A DNA stretch of 52,397 nt from an uncultured Coriobacteriaceae bacterium (GCA_964428485.1 CAYRYP010000002.1:1831-54227), one strand, 5' to 3'. Counted from the first letter of the stretch, positions 8,852-17,384 are shown. Notes: a model not told the origin generated them from the letters alone. Numbers and translations: made by a program.

Positions 8852-10168
8852 GTGACCAGGTTGTACTACCAGGAAGAAATCGAGACCATGGACCATGTGC
8901 TCATCGAGCAGAAGCAGCTCGAGGGCGCGAAGAGGACGGCGATCTACTGCTACGAGCACATCCCGTTCTACAAGAATCTCTTCGACCAGGCCGGATACGA
9001 TCCCTATTCGATCAGCTCCTTTGAGGACATCGCTAAGGGTCCGACCACGGTCAAGCAGAATCTTCGCGACAACTACCCGTATGGGATGTTTGGAATGGAT
9101 CCATCCGACGCGATAAGGGTCCAGGCTTCCTCTGGAACCACCGGCCAGGCCACCGTCTGCGGCTACACGCAAAACGACATCGACAACTGGGGAGACTGCT
9201 TCGCGCGCTTCCTCGTTGCGGTTGGCGGTTCCGAGAAGTCCAAGGTCCAGGTGTCCTATGGCTACGGCCTGTTCACCGGCGGACTCGGAGGGCATGAGGG
9301 AGCTCGTCGCCTCGGTGCCATGTGTATTCCCACCTCCTCTGGAAACACCAAGCGCCAGGTGCAGATCATGAAGGACTTCGAGACCGATATCCTTTGCTGC
9401 ACCCCGTCCTATGCGCTGCTGATCGCCGACACCGCCATCGAGCTGGGATACAACCCCGCTGAGGAGTTCAAGATCTCGGGATGTGTGCTCGGTGCCGAGC
9501 CCTGGTCCAACAACATGCGTGCCGAGATTGAGCGCAAGCTGGGCGCCAAGGCCATCGATATCTACGGCCTGTCGGAGGTCATGGGCCCGGGCGTCGCGTG
9601 CGAGTGCGCGGAGCAGACTGGATTGCATGTCTCCGAGGACCATTTCTATGCCGAGATCGTCGACCCCGAGACCCTTCTCCCGGTTCCCGATGGCGAGTGG
9701 GGAGAGTTGGTTATCACCAGTCTCGATAGGGAGTGCTCGCCGCTGTTCCGCTACCGTACCAGGGACATCACCAGGTTCCTCTCCGGCGAGTGCGCCTGCG
9801 GCCGCACGCTCAAGCGCATCGACAGGCTCCACGGGCGCACTGACGACATGCTGATCATCCGCGGCGTCAACGTGTTCCCGAGCCAGATCGAGCAGGTGAT
9901 CACGCTGTTCGACGAGGTTGCGCCGTACTATCAGATCGAGCTCACCAACAACGGCCCGTTGGACCATGTTACACTCAAGGTCGAGACCGTTCCCGGCTTC
10001 GACTTCGACGAAGTTCGTAAGATCGAGAAGCTTCAATCCGCAATCAAGAGCGAACTCAAGTCGAATCTGCAGATCGCCGTAGATGTTCGTGTTGTCGAGC
10101 CCAAGTCCATCATCCGTGGCGAGGGCAAGGCCAAGAGGGTTGTCGATCTCAGGAAGGCTGGCGAGTAG
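8852..10168 (+). CDS. paaK: Phenylacetate-CoA ligase family adenylate-forming enzyme (PaaK-like aryl-acetate CoA ligase)
   Basis: PaaK-like N-terminus (YYQEEIETMDHV..L..AKRTAIYCYEHIPFYKNLFDQAGYDP), the AMP-binding loop SSGTTGQATV, and the typical C-terminal domain (RTDDMLIIRGVNVFPSQIE). The start is uncertain: GTG 8852, TTG 8861 or ATG 8888. Confidence 0.8.
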   Translation: MTRLYYQEEIETMDHVLIEQKQLEGAKRTAIYCYEHIPFYKNLFDQAGYDPYSISSFEDIAKGPTTVKQNLRDNYPYGMFGMDPSDAIRVQASSGTTGQATVCGYTQNDIDNWGDCFARFLVAVGGSEKSKVQVSYGYGLFTGGLGGHEGARRLGAMCIPTSSGNTKRQVQIMKDFETDILCCTPSYALLIADTAIELGYNPAEEFKISGCVLGAEPWSNNMRAEIERKLGAKAIDIYGLSEVMGPGVACECAEQTGLHVSEDHFYAEIVDPETLLPVPDGEWGELVITSLDRECSPLFRYRTRDITRFLSGECACGRTLKRIDRLHGRTDDMLIIRGVNVFPSQIEQVITLFDEVAPYYQIELTNNGPLDHVTLKVETVPGFDFDEVRKIEKLQSAIKSELKSNLQIAVDVRVVEPKSIIRGEGKAKRVVDLRKAGE

Positions 10169-10170
10169 AG

Positions 10171-10596
10171 ATGATCAAGCAGCTTACCGTTTTTCTCGAG
10201 AACAAGCAGGGGCGCCTTGCCTCTCTATGCAAAGCCCTCGGAGACTCGGGTATCAACATGGCGACCATGATGATCGCCGACACCTCCGAGTACGGGATCG
10301 CGAGGATCGTCTGCGACACTCCCGAACAGGCTCGCGACATCCTCGACGCTAAGGGGTTCCGCGCCTCTATCGTGGAGGTTGCGGCCGTGCGTATCGATGA
10401 CGAGCCCGGTGGGCTTGCAAAGCTCATGGCTGGTTTCGATGCGATGTCCATCAACGTGGAGTACGCATACTGCTTCGCGATGGGCGATGGCAAGGCCATG
10501 TGTGTAATAAAGGTCGATCCGGCAGAGAGGGCGAGGGAGGCCGTGGAGTCCGCAGGTTTCTCGTGCATTCCCTCTGAAGAGATCTACAAGGATTAG
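10171..10596 (+). CDS. ACT domain-containing protein (tandem ACT, usual partner of anaerobe PaaK-like ligases)
   Basis: 141 aa. Starts MIKQLTVFLENKQGRLASL and has a second repeat, VAAVRIDDEPGGLAKLM. The ATG is 2 nt after the ligase stop. Confidence 0.75.
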   Translation: MIKQLTVFLENKQGRLASLCKALGDSGINMATMMIADTSEYGIARIVCDTPEQARDILDAKGFRASIVEVAAVRIDDEPGGLAKLMAGFDAMSINVEYAYCFAMGDGKAMCVIKVDPAERAREAVESAGFSCIPSEEIYKD

Positions 10597-10634
10597 AAAG
10601 CTGTCTGGTAACTCAACAATAAGCAAGACCGTTT

Positions 10635-10663
10635 CCCCCGCGCGTTCAGGTAACGCGTGGGGG
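10635..10663 (+). promoter_or_regulatory. Stable 12-bp stem-loop ending 3 nt before the carboxypeptidase GTG start
   Basis: CCCCCGCGCGTT-caggt-AACGCGTGGGGG, 11 Watson-Crick pairs plus one G-U. No U-tract on either strand. The 3' arm contains the only G-rich SD-like run before the GTG at 10667. Confidence 0.3.
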
Positions 10664-10666
10664 CGC

Positions 10667-11971
10667 GTGGGATCTGCCGTCGCATCTCTTGTGGCGGCGT
10701 TTCTGCTCGTGGGCGCTCTGCTTCCCGCGAGGGCGGCCGCCTCTGTGCTGGAAGCCGACGTGGTCGGCACAACTGTTCTTGCAGACGTCCAGGGCACTTC
10801 GCTTGCCGCAGAGGCACCCGACGTCTCCTGCTCAGCTGGCATACTTGCCACATCCGACGGCAAGATTCTCTGGGAGCGCAATGCCGACACCCAGGTCACC
10901 ATGGCCTCGATGACCAAAACGATGACGGTTCTGGTAGCGTTGGAGCAGGGCAACCTCGACGACGAGATCACCGTGTCGGAGGAGGCGGCGGATCTCGAGG
11001 GTTCCACCGCCGACCTCACCGCCGGAGATGTGCTCACGCTCGAGGAGCTCATATATTGCGCGATGCTCCCATCTGGAAACGACGCCGCCATGGCGATCGC
11101 GCAGTATTACGGCGACGGTGACGAGCAGGCGTTCGTCGCGCTCATGAACGCGAAGGCCGACGAACTCGGCATGGATTCCACCGAGTTCTCCGACTCGAGC
11201 GGTCTTAGCGACGAGGCGAACTACACCACCGCCTACGACTACCTCATCCTTATGCAGCAGGCGATGTCGAACGATATTGTTAGGCAGGTCGTTGCCACAA
11301 CGAGCTTTACATACACCTCCACCGCCACTGGAAGCACTGTGGAGATCAGCTCCACCAACATACTGCTTGACACCTACGAGGGTATGAACGGGCTGAAGAC
11401 CGGCTACACCGAAAGCGCTGGGTACTGCTTCGCCGGCTCGGCGTCTCGCGATGGGGTCGAACTCTACGCGATCGCCTTCGGGTGCTCAACGGTCGACGAG
11501 CGCTACACGGATGTGCAAACGCTCCTCGACTGGGGTTTCTCCCACTACCACACCGTTGAGCTTATGGCCGCAAGCACCTATGTCGGCCAGGCGGTGGCCG
11601 CCGCCTGGCTTGATGTCACCTTCGACGTACAGACTGCCGAGAGCGCCACAGCCTTCGTGTTCGACTACGATCCCGATCTAAGCGTTGAGGTGAGCATGGA
11701 GGATCTTAGTGGCGCCATCACGGTGGGGGATTACGTGGGTACCATCGCATGGGTGGACCAGGATGGCAACGAGGTTGCCAGCGTCGAGCTTGTGGCAGCC
11801 GAAGACGTTGCCAAACCCGGCATCATCGGGCATCTCCAGATGCTATGGAGTAGGTTTATAAGCCTGTTCACAGGTAATCTCCCGGAGGCACAGCAGTCTG
11901 TCGAGGTTTCCGACACGTACCCGCTGATATCCGCCGGTTTGGAGTCAGCTGTCGAGCCGCAAGATCAGTGA
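10667..11971 (+). CDS. D-alanyl-D-alanine carboxypeptidase (serine peptidase S11 / low-MW PBP)
   Basis: Signal peptide (VASLVAAFLLVGALLPARAAA). Motifs SxxK (SMTKTMT), SxN (LPSGNDAA) and KTG (LKTGYTESAG). Confidence 0.85.
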   Translation: MGSAVASLVAAFLLVGALLPARAAASVLEADVVGTTVLADVQGTSLAAEAPDVSCSAGILATSDGKILWERNADTQVTMASMTKTMTVLVALEQGNLDDEITVSEEAADLEGSTADLTAGDVLTLEELIYCAMLPSGNDAAMAIAQYYGDGDEQAFVALMNAKADELGMDSTEFSDSSGLSDEANYTTAYDYLILMQQAMSNDIVRQVVATTSFTYTSTATGSTVEISSTNILLDTYEGMNGLKTGYTESAGYCFAGSASRDGVELYAIAFGCSTVDERYTDVQTLLDWGFSHYHTVELMAASTYVGQAVAAAWLDVTFDVQTAESATAFVFDYDPDLSVEVSMEDLSGAITVGDYVGTIAWVDQDGNEVASVELVAAEDVAKPGIIGHLQMLWSRFISLFTGNLPEAQQSVEVSDTYPLISAGLESAVEPQDQ

Positions 11972-11994
11972 CTGATCAGAGGGAGGCGGTTCTC

Positions 11995-12837
11995 ATGTCA
12001 GGAGCTCTCCGTTTTGAGCATATTTCGCTGGGCGCGAGGTTCGGGACGTTCGGGGATGCCGAGATCGTCTGCGACTACGGAGTCGAGACCAACGAACCGC
12101 TTCCGCTCGACCACCCCTGTGTAGCCGACATGTCGTTTCAGGGGTTGCTGCGGGTTCACGGGGCGAGCTCGAGCTTCTTTCTCAAGACCATGCTCTCCGC
12201 CGACATCGACTCGCTCGACCATGTAGGCGCGGGCTGCCATGGTCTCATGCTCACGGCGCAGGGTGAGATCATCGACCTCATCTTCGTGCTCAGAACCGGA
12301 GACCTGGAGTACATGCTGGTGACGGATGCTCCCGTAGCCGAAGAGGCCGCCGAATGGCTCGATTCCAACAGCCGCGTCTCCGATTCCAACGGCAGGGTTT
12401 TTGCGGATGTTGAGGTGGAGGATCAGGGCGGCTCTCTCTCGACCCTGTGCATGATGGGTCCAGGATGCTCCGAGATGCTAGATGAGCTGGCGGGCGCGGA
12501 CCCCGTCTCTCCCGCATCGTTTACGGGGATGCTTCAAAAGGGATTGGTTTTCTCCGATGCGATCGGCTCGGTGCCGCTAATGGTTGCCACGGAACCCGGC
12601 CTGGAGGGCGCGCTTTTGGTATGGGGATCGGAGTCTGGCATTGCGATGCTCTGGCACGCTCTGATGGGGTTTGAGGAGCTCCAGGCGATCGGGTTCGATC
12701 AGCTTGTGTCGATAAAGCGCTCGCACGGCCTGTGGCTAGAGGGGGTCGAGGACGGGAGGTACCTCAAGCCCGCCGAAGCCGGTCTCGGGCACCTGCTGCG
12801 TGTAGGCGGGGGATTCGTAGGAGCTGCCGCGCTCTGA
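11995..12837 (+). CDS. GcvT/YgfZ-like folate-binding aminomethyltransferase-family protein (short form)
   Basis: Collinear by eye with the GcvT N-terminal and central domains (MSFQGLLRVHGASSSFFLKTMLSADIDSL, LMLTAQGEIIDLIFVLR, YLKPAEAGLGHLL), but shorter than a canonical T-protein. The ATG at 11995 has a GGGAGG SD. The reading frame overlaps the upstream stop. Confidence 0.6.
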   Translation: MSGALRFEHISLGARFGTFGDAEIVCDYGVETNEPLPLDHPCVADMSFQGLLRVHGASSSFFLKTMLSADIDSLDHVGAGCHGLMLTAQGEIIDLIFVLRTGDLEYMLVTDAPVAEEAAEWLDSNSRVSDSNGRVFADVEVEDQGGSLSTLCMMGPGCSEMLDELAGADPVSPASFTGMLQKGLVFSDAIGSVPLMVATEPGLEGALLVWGSESGIAMLWHALMGFEELQAIGFDQLVSIKRSHGLWLEGVEDGRYLKPAEAGLGHLLRVGGGFVGAAAL

Positions 12838-12839
12838 GA

Positions 12840-13529
12840 TCAGGAGAAGAGGCCCTCCGACGCTACCAGCGACATGAGCCAGGCTACCGACATGGCCGTC
12901 ACGGTCCGGGCGCTTCCGTGATCGAACGGGCGCAGGGCTACCAGCTCGCCCGATGCTTTCTCGATGATTTTGGCAACGCGCTTCTTCTTCCCGTCTGCAA
13001 TCTCGGAGACGGCGGCCTTGGCAGCGCCGAGGACCTCGCTCACCTTGGCGCGGATGCTCTCTGCGTCTAAGCATGCCGGGGATTCCTCAGACGCCCGCCC
13101 GTCTGCCTCGTACCAGCTCGCCGGGGGGATGTCGTCTACAGCGCCGTTCCTGAACTGACCAGCATTGTCGGAGAGCCCAGAGAAGAGATCGGCGTGGAAC
13201 CTTGCGAGCGTCTCCGCGCTCGGCTCTATGCTGGCAGCCTTCGCGATTGCGAGGACTGTTCTTGCGGCCACCACGTCCGCCTCGGCCTTCTCACTCCCGT
13301 CGAAGGTGCCGTCGCCGAGGGCGTAATGTCTCTCCATCTGCTCGACGCACTCCCGGATGTCGATCTCGTTGCCAATGCAGCGATTGCGAAGCTCCAGCGC
13401 GTAGTCGGACACCTGCAGGTAGTCGAGTTCCTGCAGCTTGATGGCTATCTCCCATAGTCCTGCGAGGCCATCTCTTTTGCTCGCTTGATCTTCAATTGCG
13501 GTAAATCTGTTGGAAAACGAGTCGCTCAT
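12840..13529 (-). CDS. Fic-fold protein with a VbhA-like N-terminal region and a degenerate Fic motif
   Basis: Strong SD (GGAGG-6 nt-ATG). FHADLFSGLSDNAGQFR resembles the Fic core helix. At the motif position (12897-12932) the sequence is RPFDHGSARTVT, against the canonical HPFx[DE]GNGRxxR. Residues 25-68 or so (LQVSDYALELRNRCIGNEIDIRECVEQMERHY) resemble VbhA-type antitoxin helices. Confidence 0.55.
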   Translation of the reverse strand: MSDSFSNRFTAIEDQASKRDGLAGLWEIAIKLQELDYLQVSDYALELRNRCIGNEIDIRECVEQMERHYALGDGTFDGSEKAEADVVAARTVLAIAKAASIEPSAETLARFHADLFSGLSDNAGQFRNGAVDDIPPASWYEADGRASEESPACLDAESIRAKVSEVLGAAKAAVSEIADGKKKRVAKIIEKASGELVALRPFDHGSARTVTAMSVAWLMSLVASEGLFS

Positions 13530-13689
13530 GCAAGACCTCCAGGGAATTGAAAGGTGACCTATTAATTCTAACGCATAGTAGCTAAATACGCCGAAAAAGT
13601 GACTATAGTACGTAATTGCTGAAGGCGAGCGCTCGCACCCATCAGCTCCTGCCGAATCCTCGGGTCTCGATGCGCGGAATCGTGGGAGA

Positions 13690-15858
13690 ATGCTGCGCTG
13701 CTATACTTGCCGCATGGCTGATGAGAACCAGAAAAATGCATCCGAGTGCGGCGACCTCGGCGAAGACGGCACTGCTCCCGACCTGAGGGAGCAGATCTCG
13801 CGCGTGCCTCTGCTGCCAGGAGTGTATTTGTGGAAGAACGCGGATGGGGAGGTCATCTACGTCGGAAAGGCGAAGCAGCTCCGTAACCGCATGTCGCAGT
13901 ATATATCTGGCACCGATGAGCGCGTGAAGATCCCCTTCATGATGGAGGAGGTCTGCTCCTTCGACTACATCGTCACCGAGAGCGAGTACGAGGCGCTGGT
14001 GCTCGAGAAGAATCTCATCAACCAGTACAAGCCCTACTACAACGTCGACTTCCGCGACGACAAGAGCTACCCCTACATCGCGATAGTCAAGGGTGATCGC
14101 TTTCCAGCTATAAAGTTCACCCGCGAGCGTCACGTGCCCACCACGCGCTATTTCGGCCCCTACACCGACTCCAAGGCGGCGCGCAGGCTCATCGACGTTG
14201 TGCGCCACGTGATGCCGATCTGTTCCGCGGGTTGCGCGCGCTACCGGGAGATGAACAGGCAGATAAAGCGGGCGGAGGCGAGCGGCACCGAGGGTGGCAT
14301 CGGCGCACTCGGCAGTGGCAAGCCGTGCTTCGACTACCATGTGGGTCTTGGCCCCGGGCCCTGCTGCGGCATGTGCACCGAGGAGCAGTACGCAGCCTCG
14401 GTTGCCAAGGTGGAGAGGTTCCTCTCCGGTCAGCGCCGCGAATTCACCGAGGCCCTGCGCGAGGAGATGCACGAGGCGGCCGACGAGCTAGATTTCGAGC
14501 GGGCCGGGCGCATAAAGAAGCGTCTGGAGGTTGTCGAGAACCTCAAGGGACACCAGCACGCCGTGCTCTCCAGTGACGTGGACTGCGATGTTTTTGGCTT
14601 CTACCGTGAGGAGACCATCACCGGCGTCAACGTCTTCGTGATCCGTGAGGGGGCCATCATAAACAGCTGTGAGTTTGTTCTGGACAAGGGGCGCGATGTT
14701 CCCTCCGACGACCTGATCGAAACCTTCCTCGTGCGCTACTACGACGATACCTCCGACATCCCGCGTGAGGTGGTGATTCCCGAACCCATCGCTGAGACGG
14801 AGTCGATCGAGAACTGGCTCACCGTCAAGCTCGACTCCCCGCATCGGGCCAAGGTGCGCGTGAAGGTGGCCCGCCGTGGCGACAAGCACGACCTTCTCCA
14901 GATGGCGGAGCAGAACGCCAAGCACTCGCTGCAGCGCTTCAAGATCCGCACCCGTTACGATGAGTCGCGGATAAACGACGCTCTCATGCAGCTCGAGAGC
15001 GCGCTGGCGCTTCCGGGTCCGCCGATGCGCATCGAATGCTACGACATCTCTACCATCCACGGGCGCTACTCCGTGGCCTCGATGGTCGTGTTCACGGGTG
15101 GCCGCGTCGACTCATCGCAGTACCGACGCTTCAAGATACGCATGGAGACCCCGGAGGCCAACGACGTGGCGATGATGCGCGAGACCATCGACAGGCGCTT
15201 TTCGGAGAAAAATCGGGCCGACGAGCGCTTCGCCAAAAAGCCCGACCTGGTGATACTCGACGGCGGTAAGCCGCAACTCAACGCCGTGGCCTCCCAGCTG
15301 GCCGAGATGGGGATCACCGATATTCCTCTGGCTGGTCTCGCAAAGGCCGATGAGGAGTTGTTCGTCACCTGGCAGGACGAGCCGGTAAGGCTGCCGCTCG
15401 GCTCGAGCGCACTCTATCTCGTGAAGGCGGTCCGTGACGAGGCCCACCGCTTCGCTATCACCTACCACCGCAAGTTGCGTGGCAAGGGGATGACGGCCTC
15501 GGTGCTCGATGGCGTCACGGGGCTCGGCCCCAAGCGCAAAAGGTCGCTTCTGAGGGAGTTTGGATCGGTAAGGGCGATGGTTGGTCTTACCGCCTCCGAG
15601 CTCGCTCGTGCAAAAGGGGTCCCAATGGAGGTGGCGGAGGAGGTAGAGGCCGTCTTGACCCAGACCTTCCCCGAGCAGGCGAGGGCCGCGCGCGTCGCTG
15701 CACAGGTGGCTTTGGAGTCCCTTGCCGCCGCTTCGGAACCCTCCACGCTCACTCAGGAAAGCCCAGGCCCCGCCCAGGACACAGCGGATCCAACCGCCCA
15801 CGGGGAAGTACTGCCCGACTCCGAGGGCGATGCTGGCCAGGGTTTCCAAGTTCGATGA
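13690..15858 (+). CDS. uvrC: Excinuclease ABC subunit C
   Basis: GIY-YIG module (GVYLWKNADGEVIYVGKAKQLRNRMSQY), a Cys-rich region, a UVR domain (FERAGRIKKRLEVVENL), an RNase H-like endonuclease domain and a C-terminal HhH. An alternative start exists at ATG 13714. Confidence 0.93.
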   Translation: MLRCYTCRMADENQKNASECGDLGEDGTAPDLREQISRVPLLPGVYLWKNADGEVIYVGKAKQLRNRMSQYISGTDERVKIPFMMEEVCSFDYIVTESEYEALVLEKNLINQYKPYYNVDFRDDKSYPYIAIVKGDRFPAIKFTRERHVPTTRYFGPYTDSKAARRLIDVVRHVMPICSAGCARYREMNRQIKRAEASGTEGGIGALGSGKPCFDYHVGLGPGPCCGMCTEEQYAASVAKVERFLSGQRREFTEALREEMHEAADELDFERAGRIKKRLEVVENLKGHQHAVLSSDVDCDVFGFYREETITGVNVFVIREGAIINSCEFVLDKGRDVPSDDLIETFLVRYYDDTSDIPREVVIPEPIAETESIENWLTVKLDSPHRAKVRVKVARRGDKHDLLQMAEQNAKHSLQRFKIRTRYDESRINDALMQLESALALPGPPMRIECYDISTIHGRYSVASMVVFTGGRVDSSQYRRFKIRMETPEANDVAMMRETIDRRFSEKNRADERFAKKPDLVILDGGKPQLNAVASQLAEMGITDIPLAGLAKADEELFVTWQDEPVRLPLGSSALYLVKAVRDEAHRFAITYHRKLRGKGMTASVLDGVTGLGPKRKRSLLREFGSVRAMVGLTASELARAKGVPMEVAEEVEAVLTQTFPEQARAARVAAQVALESLAAASEPSTLTQESPGPAQDTADPTAHGEVLPDSEGDAGQGFQVR

Positions 15859-15883
15859 CAATACACCTTTGCAGTGTTAGAAT
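15855..15883 (+). promoter_or_regulatory. Candidate sigma-70-type promoter for rpmF (ATGACA-N17-TAGAAT with TGn extension)
   Basis: -35 ATGACA (15855-15860), a 17-nt spacer ending in TGt, and -10 TAGAAT (15878-15883). It lies 60 nt upstream of the rpmF ATG and overlaps the uvrC stop. Confidence 0.5.
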
Positions 15884-15942
15884 CTGCTTTCGTGCTTAAA
15901 CCAACTGCGCGAGCCGCGGTTTGATTGTAGGAGGAGATAGAC

Positions 15943-16122
15943 ATGGCAGTACCCAAGAGGCGCAAGGGCCGCGCTAAGACCCATTCCCGCCGCAGCACCA
16001 ACGATGTCTGCGCAACCAAGGCACGTTCGGTCTGCCCTCAGTGTGGGGCAACCAAGCTCCCGCATCACATCTGCGGGAATTGCGGCCATTACAAGGACCG
16101 CGAGATCATCGTCACCGAGTAA
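15943..16122 (+). CDS. rpmF: 50S ribosomal protein L32 (zinc-ribbon form)
   Basis: 59-aa ORF absent from the track: MAVPKRRKGRAKTHSRRSTNDVCATKARSVCPQCGATKLPHHICGNCGHYKDREIIVTE. It has the canonical MAVPKRR start, CxxC...CxxC, and a GGAGGAG SD. Confidence 0.93.
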   Translation: MAVPKRRKGRAKTHSRRSTNDVCATKARSVCPQCGATKLPHHICGNCGHYKDREIIVTE

Positions 16123-16216
16123 CAGTAAACGCGAACTCGGAATCGAGAGAGTAAGATGAGAGGGCCGGCATCTTTGGGGTGTCGGCCATCTTCGTCTTAA
16201 TCACCAGGAGGAACTA

Positions 16217-17269
16217 ATGTCGCAGGATGTGACGGATCGCGAACAGCTAGATGGACTAGGGGTCGAGTCGGGTGCCGATAGGTCCGAGGTCCGCATATGC
16301 GTCGACGCCGACGGCGGGGACGACGCCCCTCGCGTCGTGATCGAGGGGCTGAGGATCGCGCTCGATAAGGATCCGTACCTCAACGTGCTCCTCGTCGGCA
16401 GGAAGGACTCCATCTCCGCGCTCGCCGCGGAGTATCCCGACAGAATCGAGGCGGTCGAGACCACGGAGGTCATCGAGATGGCTGACCATCCCGCGCAGGC
16501 CGTCCGCCGCAAGAAGGACTCCTCCATCGTGGTCGGCTGCAAGCTGGTGCACGAGGGGAGAGCCAACGGCTTCTACTCCGCAGGTTCCACCGGCGGGGTT
16601 CTCACTGGGGCCACGATCCTGATCGGACGCCCCAGGAACATATCCCGCCCTGCCCTTGCCACCATCGTTCCCGTGCCGGGTAAGCACGTGGTGCTGCTTG
16701 ACGTGGGGGCCAACGCAGATTGCAAGCCCGGCTACATCGTCCAGTTCGCCAAGATGGGCATCGCATACGCCAAGGTAATGCTCGGACGCGAGAACCCGCA
16801 GGTGGGGCTTCTCAACAACGGCTCGGAGGAGACCAAGGGCAGCATGTTTGCCCAGGAGGTGCATGCGGCGTTGGCCAGCTCTCTCGACTGTTTCATCGGA
16901 AACGTAGAGGGCGGCGATCTCACCTCTGCCACATGCGACGTGGTGGTCACCGACGGATTCACCGGAAACATCGCTCTCAAGGTCATGGAGGGTTTGGCAG
17001 ATCTGCTCTTCAGGTCGATCAAACAGGTCATGACCTCGTCGTTTGGAAACAAACTGGCGGCCGCTAAGCTCAACAAGGACCTGAGAGAGTTCAAGTCCAC
17101 CGTCAGCCCCGACACCTATGGAGGAGCACCGCTTCTGGGGATAAAGAACGTCTGCGTCATCGGGCACGGCTCGTCCTCCCCGCAAGCGATCGCCAACGGA
17201 GTTGCCCTCTGCGCACGCGCGGTGCGAGACGATCTCCCAGGGCACATCGCCAGGGAGATGGGCGAATAG
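16217..17269 (+). CDS. plsX: Phosphate acyltransferase PlsX
   Basis: DADGGDDAP, LLDVGANADCKP and VVTDGFTGNIALK motifs. AGGAGG SD. Confidence 0.93.
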   Translation: MSQDVTDREQLDGLGVESGADRSEVRICVDADGGDDAPRVVIEGLRIALDKDPYLNVLLVGRKDSISALAAEYPDRIEAVETTEVIEMADHPAQAVRRKKDSSIVVGCKLVHEGRANGFYSAGSTGGVLTGATILIGRPRNISRPALATIVPVPGKHVVLLDVGANADCKPGYIVQFAKMGIAYAKVMLGRENPQVGLLNNGSEETKGSMFAQEVHAALASSLDCFIGNVEGGDLTSATCDVVVTDGFTGNIALKVMEGLADLLFRSIKQVMTSSFGNKLAAAKLNKDLREFKSTVSPDTYGGAPLLGIKNVCVIGHGSSSPQAIANGVALCARAVRDDLPGHIAREMGE

Positions 17270-17355
17270 GTTCGTAGACCACCGGTACCGGTATCCCCTA
17301 AGCGGGGTTGCCCGCGGGATGATGTGGGGTATCTCCACGTCGCGCTCGCACCACC

Positions 17356-17384
17356 TTGCAAAGGCATCTTCGATGCGAAAGAAT
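17356..17384 (+). promoter_or_regulatory. Candidate promoter for acpP (TTGCAA-N17-AAGAAT)
   Basis: The hexamers are spaced 17 nt apart in the 202-nt plsX-acpP gap, about 88 nt upstream of the acpP GTG. Confidence 0.4.

Noticed and set aside
8708-10036. A 442-aa antisense ORF opposite the PaaK-like gene. Similar long antisense ORFs occur at 16256-17338, 21472-22590, 35099-36265 and 44869-46056.
   Set aside because: Each lies opposite a gene with clear family motifs. Their products are low-complexity and Arg/Gly/Asp/Val/His-rich. Stop-codon-poor antisense frames are expected in GC-rich coding DNA.
13625-13636. A perfect palindrome GCGAGCGCTCGC upstream of uvrC, considered as a possible SOS (LexA) box.
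   Set aside because: It does not resemble the GAAC-N4-GTTC Cheo-type LexA box of Gram-positives. GC-rich 12-mers that are palindromic arise easily in this composition.
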